From positions 21,319 through 85,318 of the forward strand of contig JAFSEA010000027.1 in assembly GCA_017435965.1 (NCBI GenBank): DNA of 64,000 nucleotides, read 5' to 3'. The position numbers and the translations under genes were made by a program. Under the pieces are notes generated by a model, which was not told the origin of the DNA, searched no databases, and worked only from the letters and a program-made list of their open reading frames with translations. This document shows, in pieces, positions 41,088-50,500 of this stretch; the stretch's first letter is position 1; the number at the start of each line of letters is the position of its first letter. Origin of the DNA: Oscillospiraceae bacterium (lineage in GTDB: Bacteria > Bacillota > Clostridia > Oscillospirales > JAAYXM01).

Positions 41088-42761
41088 TTATTTCTTTTTT
41101 GCCCAGGAATCCTTGAGTGATACCGTTCTATTGAACACAGGCTTGCCCGGTTCTGAAAGCTTGGTATCACGGCAGAAGTAGCCGTTTCTGAGGAACTGGT
41201 AACGACCGTCACCTATACCCTCTTCTATTGCGGCTTCACACTTACAGCCTGTGAGAATTTCAAGGGAGTTGGGGTTGATGTTATCGGTGAAAGCTCCGCC
41301 CTCGGGGAACTCGCCGGGGTTTTCCGCATTAAAGAGGTTTTCATAGATACGAACCTCGGCATCAACCGCATCGCTTGCCGATACCCAATGGATTGTTCCC
41401 TTTACCTTGCGCTTATCGGGAGTATCTCCGCCACGTGATTCGGGGTCATACTCTGCATGGATAACGGTAACGTTTCCCTCATCATCTGTTTCAAAGCTCT
41501 TGCAGGTTACATAATATGCATACTTAAGTCTTACTTCGTTTCCGGGGAACATTCTGAAATAGCCTTTGACCGGCTCTGCAAGGAAGTCTTCCCTTTCGAT
41601 ATAAAGCTCACGGGAGAAGGTCACCTTATGAGTGCCGCTGTTTTCATCGAGGGGATTGTTCTGTGCATCAAAGGTTTCTGTCATGCCTTCAGGATAGTTA
41701 TCAATAACAAGCTTTACAGGGCGAAGCACAACCATCATACGTGCTGCGGATTCATTCAAATCCTCACGGATGCAATGCTCGAGGAAGCCATAGTCAACGG
41801 TGTTATATGCCTTGGAAACGCCGATTCTCTCGCAGAAAGTGCGGATGGATTTCGGAGTATATCCACGGCGGCGAAGACCCGAAAGTGTTGGCATACGGGG
41901 GTCATCCCAACCATCAACATACTTTTCTTCAACAAGCTGACGGAGATAACGCTTTGACATAACTGTATTTGTTACGTTAAGACGTGAGAACTCAATCTGA
42001 CGCGGCGGATTCTCAAATCCGATTTCGCGTACAACCCAATCATAAAGAGGGCGATGGTTTTCAAACTCGATTGAGCAGAGAGAATGGGTTATTTCCTCAA
42101 GAGCATCCTGGATAGGATGTGCATAGTCATAAAGCGGATAGATGCACCACTTATCACCCTGGCGGTGATGATGGGTATGAAGGATTCTATAAATTGCCGG
42201 ATCACGCATATTCATATTGGGTGATGCCATATCTATCTTTGCGCGGAGAGTGTGGCTTCCGTCGGGGAATTCACCATTCTTCATACGTTCAAAGAGGTCG
42301 AGATTTTCCTCAACGCTTCTGTCACGGTAGGGGCTGTTCTTTCCCGGTTCTGTGAGTGTGCCACGGTATTCACGCATTTCATCAGCAGAAAGGTCGCAGA
42401 CATATGCCTTGCCACGCTTTATAAGCTCGACTGCAAATTCATAGCATTTATCAAAGTAATCAGAGCCGTAGAAAATACCGCCGTTAGGCTCTGCACCGAG
42501 CCAACGAAGGTCTTCCTCGATTGAACGGACATACTCGTCATCTTCACGGACGGGGTTTGTATCATCAAAGCGAAGATTAAAAAGTCCATTGTATTTCTGG
42601 GCAACTCCAGCAGAAATCCAGATAGCCTTTGCACTTCCTATATGGAGATAACCGTTAGGCTCCGGTGGAAAACGGGTGTGGATTTTTGTAAGTCCCTTTT
42701 CGGCTATATCTTCATTTATAGCCTCATGGATAAAATTGGTTGGGTTTGTATTTACGTCCAT
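41088..42761 (-). CDS. glnS: glutamine--tRNA ligase
   Basis: [40 protein letters not shown] motifs; likely ATG at 42761. Confidence 0.96.
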   Translation of the reverse strand: MDVNTNPTNFIHEAINEDIAEKGLTKIHTRFPPEPNGYLHIGSAKAIWISAGVAQKYNGLFNLRFDDTNPVREDDEYVRSIEEDLRWLGAEPNGGIFYGSDYFDKCYEFAVELIKRGKAYVCDLSADEMREYRGTLTEPGKNSPYRDRSVEENLDLFERMKNGEFPDGSHTLRAKIDMASPNMNMRDPAIYRILHTHHHRQGDKWCIYPLYDYAHPIQDALEEITHSLCSIEFENHRPLYDWVVREIGFENPPRQIEFSRLNVTNTVMSKRYLRQLVEEKYVDGWDDPRMPTLSGLRRRGYTPKSIRTFCERIGVSKAYNTVDYGFLEHCIREDLNESAARMMVVLRPVKLVIDNYPEGMTETFDAQNNPLDENSGTHKVTFSRELYIEREDFLAEPVKGYFRMFPGNEVRLKYAYYVTCKSFETDDEGNVTVIHAEYDPESRGGDTPDKRKVKGTIHWVSASDAVDAEVRIYENLFNAENPGEFPEGGAFTDNINPNSLEILTGCKCEAAIEEGIGDGRYQFLRNGYFCRDTKLSEPGKPVFNRTVSLKDSWAKKK

Positions 42762-42948
42762 TATGTCAAACAACCTCCGTTTTTAGTGTCGTTTTAAATT
42801 ACATTATAACTCAAGCTATATTTTACCACAAAACACACTCAATACTCAATAGTAAATTTGAAATAAAATTTGCATTTTTCTGTTTTTTGTACTTGCGTAT
42901 ATGAAATAGCTGTTCTTACTCGTCATATACTGATTATGTAAAGGAGCG

Positions 42949-43395
42949 ATGAATATGCCGTTTTCCGACAGAGAATTGCTTGCAAGGCTTATACAATGCG
43001 AGGCCGGAGGTGAGGGTGATACCGGTATGCAGGCTGTTGCAAGTGTTATAATGAACAGAGTTTATGTTCCCGACGGAGAATATGCACGGGTTGGAAAGCA
43101 GAATCTCCGAAACATCGTTTTTCAACCGGGTCAGTTTGACTGTGCAACAGACTATTTCAACAACAGATACAATCCACAGAACATATATAATATGAACCCT
43201 GAGCAGATACATTATGACATTGCCGATTGGGCAATTGCAGGAAACAGACTCTACAACCTTGGGACGGCGCTGTGGTTTTACAACCCTTTCTCCTCCGAAT
43301 GCAGAGATTTTTTCCCGGGACGTTCCGGAGTCTTTACTGTAAGGGTCGGAGAACATTGCTTTTACAATCCGACAGAAGCCTATTCTGAAACTTAA
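42949..43395 (+). CDS. spore cortex-lytic cell wall hydrolase (CwlJ/SleB Hydrolase_2 family)
   Basis: LLARLIQCEAGGEG..GM.AVA.VIMNR, QPGQF, H.FY motifs; no signal peptide (CwlJ-like); CATATACT sigE/K-like -10 upstream. Confidence 0.85.
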   Translation: MNMPFSDRELLARLIQCEAGGEGDTGMQAVASVIMNRVYVPDGEYARVGKQNLRNIVFQPGQFDCATDYFNNRYNPQNIYNMNPEQIHYDIADWAIAGNRLYNLGTALWFYNPFSSECRDFFPGRSGVFTVRVGEHCFYNPTEAYSET

Positions 43396-43407
43396 AGGAG
43401 GATCTTT

Positions 43408-43728
43408 ATGGATACATTTCGAAGCCGCACAAATTTCTCGCAAAATGCTGCAAGAAACAATTTTGACAGCCTTGGCGAGCTCGGAGAGACTCAGACAATG
43501 ATGCTTGGAGAACAGCTTCAAACAAGCATCGGCTATTATGTAAGCTGTGAATTTCTTATCGGCACACAGATGATTGAAACAAGAGACGGAATTCTCGCAA
43601 AGGTGGGAACGAATTTTCTCACCCTTTACCAGCCGAATCTCGACCGCTATATTGTCTGCGATTTATATGCACTGAAATTTATCACCATCTACAACAGCAC
43701 TGAAGTGCCGAATCTTCCGAGAACATAG
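43408..43728 (+). CDS. putative spore coat protein (GerQ-like)
   Basis: IG..V..EFLIGT.....R.GIL..VG.NF..L......CD.Y..KF pattern; cotranscribed with the CwlJ-like gene. Confidence 0.55.
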   Translation: MDTFRSRTNFSQNAARNNFDSLGELGETQTMMLGEQLQTSIGYYVSCEFLIGTQMIETRDGILAKVGTNFLTLYQPNLDRYIVCDLYALKFITIYNSTEVPNLPRT

Positions 43729-43760
43729 AAAACGGGTGTGCAGCTTTGCACACCCGTTAA
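43729..43760. terminator. bidirectional terminator
   Basis: AACGGGTGTGCA / TGCACACCCGTT hairpin between convergent genes. Confidence 0.7.
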
Positions 43761-43774
43761 AATTTCTATACCTT

Positions 43775-44443
43775 TTAGTCCTGCTTTCCCGAAGAAAGGA
43801 AGCCATAGACTGCTGCGGCGAGAACACCGCCGATAAGGGGAGCTACGATAAATACCCATACGTTTGAGAGAGCCTCACCGCCGACTAAAAGTGCCGGACC
43901 AAAGCTTCTTGCAGGGTTTACGGAAGTTCCTGTGAAGGAGATGCCGAGAATATGTACAAGAGTGAGTGTGAGACCGATTACGATACCGGCTACTGCTCCG
44001 TTGCTTTCCTTTGATGTAACACCGAGGATAGCAATAACGAATACAAAGGTGAGAATGATTTCAACAAGGATCGAAAGTGCAATATCGTTATTGAAGAGAG
44101 CATTTGCGCCAAGTCCGCTATCTGCGCCTACGAGTGCAGAAAGAACTGCTGCACCTGCGATTGCACCGAGGAACTGAGCAACAATATATCCGGCAAAATC
44201 CTTTGCGGAAAGCTTTTTGCTCACAAGCATTGCGATTGAAACTGCAGGGTTAATGTGGCATCCTGAAATATTGCCGATTGAATATGCCATAGCAACAATT
44301 ACAAGGCCGAATGCCAGTGCTGTGAGAAGATAACCTGTTCCTGCGCTTGCAGAGCATCCGACAACTGCTGCCGTTCCGCAAGCGAAAAGGACGAGAACAA
44401 AGGTGCCGATAAACTCCGCGATGTACTTTTTGATTGAATTCAT
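43775..44443 (-). CDS. aquaporin (MIP family, AqpZ-like)
   Basis: AEFIGTF, SGCHINPAV, SVNPARS (two NPA motifs). Confidence 0.95.
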   Translation of the reverse strand: MNSIKKYIAEFIGTFVLVLFACGTAAVVGCSASAGTGYLLTALAFGLVIVAMAYSIGNISGCHINPAVSIAMLVSKKLSAKDFAGYIVAQFLGAIAGAAVLSALVGADSGLGANALFNNDIALSILVEIILTFVFVIAILGVTSKESNGAVAGIVIGLTLTLVHILGISFTGTSVNPARSFGPALLVGGEALSNVWVFIVAPLIGGVLAAAVYGFLSSGKQD

Positions 44444-44539
44444 ACTGATTCCTCCTTTTTTATAGCAAAGACTTATGCTTTGCTTAATTTTATTATACTA
44501 CAACGCTTTTCAATATACAAGAAAAATCTTACAAATGGT

Positions 44540-44570
44540 AAAGGTGACTGTCCGAAAACAGTCACCTTTT
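44540..44570 (-). terminator. terminator after the giant SLH protein
   Basis: AAAGGTGACTGT / ACAGTCACCTTT hairpin. Confidence 0.7.
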
Positions 44571-44576
44571 ATTGAT

Positions 44577-47500
44577 TTACTTTTCTGCCACGAAATCAAG
44601 TACTCTCTGAAGGAGAACTGCGACTTCTGCACGGGTTGTGTTATCAAGTGGTGCAATAAGGTTATTCTTACCGTTTACAAGACCTGCACCTATGAGGGCA
44701 GACACTGCTTCTTTTGCATAATCGGGAACTGAGTTGAAATCGGCGTTGTCCGGGCGGATGATATCCGCCCCTACAAAGGCTTCCGTGTCCTTAATTACAC
44801 GGTAAACCATAAGCATCATATCACATCTCTTGATGTTATCACGAGGTGCGAACTTATTGTCTCCAACGCCGCCAACTAAACCTGTGTTTCGGGCAATCGC
44901 AAGTTCCTTTGCAAAATAGTCAGACTCACTTACATCCGCAAAGTTTTCGGTGTTATCCGATTCCTTTTCAAAGGCACGAACAAGGAGAATTGCGAAATCT
45001 GCTCTTGTTATATTCTTTGCAGGTGAGTATGTTGTATCCGATGTACCCTTGATTATTCCCTTATCAGCAAGTGCGTTTATTGCATCCGCTGCCCATGCGT
45101 GAGCACCCAGATCCGTAAAGCGAATTGTTGTTTCGGGGACATCCGGTGTTTCCGGAGTTGTTGGAGTGGTTGCACCACCGCCGCCTGTTCCTCCGCCGGA
45201 GCCACCTGCACCGCCACCGGAGCTTCCGCCTGATTCGTCTGTGCTTCCCGTTTCGCCTGATTCTGTTCCCGGTGTAGAGGGTTTATCGGGAGTTGACGGA
45301 GTGGTCGGCTCTGTTGTGGTGCCTGCGTTACCATTGTCTGTTGTTGAACCATATACACGGACAACAAAGTGAATAGTGGTTGCACGACCATCGGAATCGG
45401 TTGCCGTTACTGCAAAGTGGTTGTTACCTACCTGCGAAGCTGTGGGTTTCCAACTAATGATACCTGTGTTCTCATTGAGCGTTGCACCTCTCGGAAGGCT
45501 TGTTCCGCTATACGTGATACCCACATCTTCAAGCTCACTCGTAGCGTTTATGGTAAGTGTCATCATACTTCCTGCACTTGCGGTAAGATTATCCGGTAGT
45601 GCATCAAACTCAGGTGATTTATCATCGCTCACAGAAAGCGGAATTACTGCATCCTGACCTTCGGCTATGGTATATACATAGCCAAGCTCCGGCTGATACA
45701 TATCAACGTATTTTCTTATCATTGATACTCTTCCGGTATTGAGAACAATGTTTTCACCACTTCTCTCTGCAGAGAGGATCTTGTATGCTCCGTCACGCAT
45801 TCCGGTCTCATTATCAATGATAACAACACGGTTTGCAAGAGAAGCAAGCTCTGCATCACTTACTGCTTCTTCCGTTGAAATCTCGATTGTGTTTTCTGCC
45901 GAAAGTTCTTTTGTGAAGTTTCTTACAGTACCCACAATTGCAGGCTTTGTTTCAAGCTCTTCGCCGATGATATCACCGTCGATTACGTACTTATAAGTGT
46001 TCTTTCCGTTTTCAACGGAATATACTCCTACAAATCCACGGAAGGAAAGCTGGGTCTCGCCATCGGTTACTGTATAAGTGACTGCATTGTTCGTTGCATA
46101 GAAGATATAGTCCACTCTGCCGCTTGCAAGTGTGACCTTAACTGCACGGGCTGCATCATTCTTCTTTTCCTTGCCGTCAATTACCGACATCGTAAGTTCA
46201 TCTGCTGATTTCAGAATTCGACTTCCCTTATACGGTTCAAGGACTGTTGTGAATACTGTGTCAAGCTCTTCATTATTATTCTCATTTTCTATAAGAACGT
46301 ACTTGAGCTTATCAATATTCTTGTTAGCCGCAATTCTCGGTGCATAGCCATCGGTTATTGCCACATTTACATCAGCACCGTCAGCTACGTTTGTTCCGTT
46401 GAGCATTGTGAGTCGGAGATGAATATCTTTTGAATCCTTGACTGCTTTATTGAAGTCCTTGATTGCAAAATCAATCTCAAACTTGTTTTCCGGATTTTCG
46501 TCACGATCTACATTTTCAAGCCAGGTAAAGCCTATGGGATACTTAGTGGGATAATCCCATGAATTTGAAACCGTATCGGGATCCTGTCCGTAAGGAACAT
46601 CTGCACCGGCATATGTTCCAATATAGTTTCCTTCATCATCTGCCTGTTTTACGGTTTCAATGCCTACTGTCTCTGCAATCTCGTTGCTCTGTGCGTGGAA
46701 GCTGTAGATATGGCTCTGTCCGCCAAGGATTCTGAACAAATCAACGTAATATGAATTTGCATCATCCACATTGATCATAACAACACTTCTGCGATACTGC
46801 TCGGTTTCGTCATAGACATAGCTTGTGTCAACATCTATTACCTGAACCTGTCCTGCATCATCATAGTGCTTTACCTTACCGCGGATTTCTGAATTTTCAG
46901 TCTGCTTTTTACCATCCACAACAACAGTATTATGAGAAATGGTGTTTCTTACCCACTGAATTCTGTTCGGGTCATTACCCGTCTGCTCGGGGTACCCGAG
47001 ATCCGGAAGGATATTGAGTCCAAATGCCGTCATACCGATATTCAACGTGTCAAGGTGTGCGTGACTTACGCCATTTGATCCAAAATACATCCAGACATTG
47101 CGTGTTGTTTCCTGAGCTGTTGCATCAGTTATGTTATCCTCATAGCTATAACCATCACGCAAAATGGAGTATCCGAATCCTGTCTGAATATCGGAATCAA
47201 GGTATACTGTACCGTATTCATCAATTATTGCCTGAACCTCATCTGCAAGGCTCTCAGGATTCTTTGTGTACATATCATACTTAAGATCTGCAACAGAATT
47301 TCCGTTAAGCATATAGAGATACTGTGCAAAAACAGGCTCTTTTGTCTGAGTATATGCCGCCTTCATATGTCCTGCATTAGCCCAATGGGAAAGATCGGCT
47401 GTGTTTCCACCGTCACCTATCTGCGGTGAATAGCTGTTTGCAGCACGCAGAGGAAGGAGTGCAAGGAACATTTGCTGATACTTCGGATTTTCTGAGAGCT

Positions 47501-50500
47501 TCATTCCTTCGTACTTATCATAGCCACTAAGCACGTTATTTACCATACTTACTCCGCTAAGCCAAAGGAGTCCGTAATCAGACGCTTCATTACTGTGACC
47601 ATCTGCACATATTTTCTCGATAAGCACTTCATTTATGCCTCCGCCCACAACAGGAACATCTGTTGTCCAGCCGGGAGCCATAAGATAGTCAATCCACTCC
47701 TGTGTTTCGGGGTATGAATCGAGAATTACCGCCGCCATTGCAACGATTCTCTGTGACATACCGAAGTTACCATGGATTTTGCGGTTATAGACTTCGTCAA
47801 GAGCACCACGAATAAAGTTATCCTCAACATTCTGACGAATCTGTGCCGCCGTCTGCTTTGCATATCTGCTTCTGTTGTTCTTTGCTATATAATTAAGAAC
47901 CTGACTGTCCTCATACATATCATATACCATATCATATGTGGGGATTTCGTTTGTGAGAATAGTACATTCCCAAATGCAACCAAGACGTTTTCCCTGATTT
48001 GAACCACCATCGGAGTTCCAGACATCGTTTCCGAATGCTTTAATGTCGTAATCACGGTAGAGATCAGCAACACGATCAAGAAGTATTGCCGCCACACGAC
48101 CATATTTCTTCTCACCGGTAAAATAATATGCATAAGCACAGTTTACTATTGCGTTTGTAAGAACGCCGCCGTTGCTGTCCGGTGTTTTGTTGTGGAAAAC
48201 ACCATAATGCATAAACTCAGCAATGTAGAGGTGACGTTCAGCAACGGTTCCTGATAAATATGCCTCTCCGTCCTCTTTGCTTGGAACATAGCCATATCCG
48301 TCATCAACACCCCAGGTTTCCACAGTTTCACCCGGGCGAAGTCCCTGACCGCAGTTTATTGTCGTACTGCTTTCGACATCCTTATAAAGGTTGTTGGTCA
48401 GATATCCTCCGGGAACTCCATAGCCATAGTACGCCTTCCATTGTGCACTATTCTGCACACCGGGCTCTGTCACACTCTTGTCACCAAAGAGCTCACGATG
48501 AGCATCAAGGGCATCCTGATAAATAAACTCACCATATTCATTGAGACCAAGCTTATAGAAGCTCTCAAAATCGTTACTTGGGAATACTCGTTTACAGTCC
48601 GGACACTGAATCTTCCACGGTCTGATTATTGAGTTATGTACCCACGGATAGTTGCCGTACTTTTCCTGGAGATTTACTCCGCAATAACGGCAAGTATACA
48701 TATACGGGTCTTTTTCAGCACCTACGGAGAAGCTTCGGGGAACCTCCTGAGATGCGATAAGCGAATAAATCTCATCAAGCTTGTCAACATACTTATCAGC
48801 AGTTTTTATGTATGTATCGGCAGTTGCCTTCGCCCAATCGTATTTTCCGATATTTTCTCTTGCAATGCTTTGTTTTTCAGCCGTCATATAGCTTGCTTCC
48901 GTCTTTGCCGTAACAACGGGAATCTCGATGACTTTTGTGCGGATTCTTCCACCGACCTTGACCGTTACTTCAAACCGTGCCGTTCCGTCTGCAACAGGTC
49001 GGATATAGTTTGCCCATTCGCCTGTTTCATTCGGATACTGCTCATATGCTATTGTTGCAAACTCGGGAGTAAGTGCTGTTGCTGTAATTTCTGCATCCGA
49101 AAGATCCATCTCGTTTCCGAGATTTGTAGTTGCCGAAACGTAAAGCGGATATCTGTCCGATTCATCATCGGTAAGACGGATCCTGGGACTTCCGCCGCTT
49201 GTTGCCGTAATATCGGTCATTCCTTCCGGAAGAACCTCTACATCAAAACTGTAATTCTTTGTTTCTCCATTAAATGTTGCAGTTGCCGTGATAGTCGTCT
49301 TTCCTACAGAAAGAGTTTTGATTGCATCACCGGAAACAGTTGCAACAGTTTCATCCGAAGATGTATATGTTATAGGTGCATTTTCTTTGCTTATAATTCT
49401 TCCGCTTCTGAGTTTTACTTCACCTTCAAGAATTGCTGTATCACCGAGGAATACTTCCTCCGCAACAGTCTTTGCGGTGACCGAAGCGATGGGATCATCT
49501 ACTACACTCACTACGACTGTCTCGGTTGAGGTTACACCACCAACAGTTACGCTGAGAGAAATTTCAGTCTGTCCTTCTGCCTTTCCAGTAATATCAAAGG
49601 GAAGCTTTCCTGTTTTACCCATAGTGTAGCTTGCAAAGCCCGAAACACCCAGGACATCAGTATCAAGGATGCTCACCGCTGCAGAATTTGAAGTATCGGA
49701 GCTTCCGTCGTTGTTTATACCAAAGTGAAGTGCCGAGCCGTCTGTCATTGAGGCATAAACCGTACCCTGTACAGTTTCGCCGATTGCAATTTCTTCGGGA
49801 ATTTCATACGCAATTTTTTCATAAACTGTTCCCGATTCTGCAACGGGATCAAACGCAATCGTTCCTATTACAAGGATAGCACCTGCAGAATAATGCTTTT
49901 CACGTGCTCTGAAGGAAATCTTATGTTCGCCTGCCGTGAGGTGAAGTGTGTTAAGAGACAGTTCACCGGTGTCAAACATAGCCGTGGCATCCGGGTCATA
50001 GCAGTTAACGTCACCTGCATACACATCATCGACGAATACAGAGAACTTTCCGCCTACATTCCAAACACCGCCATGAACCTTTAAGTTAAAGTCATGCTCA
50101 TACGGAATGTCAACAAGAAGCGTAACTGCATTGTTTGTAATTTTCGATGTTGCAGGCCACATACCGCCTCGTACCCAGATATACGCAGCCTTGAAGCCCG
50201 TGTTTGTGCAAGAACCGAGACGCCACATTGTCGTGTCGGATTCTTCTCTCACAATCGTATATCCCGGTGTCTTTGTGGGGGCAGAACGATCGCCGTTGTA
50301 TGTGCTCTCGGAGAAATCTACTTTAATGCTAGGGAAGGTATCATAAACATTGAGAGTAAGCTTTCCCGATATCTTTGTTCCGTCCTCGTTTTCAGCCTCT
50401 GCAGTTATAACGGTCATACCTGCCGCAATGGTTGTAACAACACCGGTTGTCTTATCAACTGTTGCGGTTGCGATGTTTGAGCTCTTATACGAAACTGTAT

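Noticed and set aside
45140-45350. Low-complexity GC-rich repeats
   Set aside because: Encodes the Gly/Thr/Pro linker before the SLH domains; not a separate repeat element.
48636-49529. 297-aa plus-strand ORF, and similar antisense ORFs such as 14602-15456, 12938-13747 and 27184-27813
   Set aside because: Shadow frames of well-supported minus-strand genes, with Cys/Ile/Ser-rich composition and no motifs.
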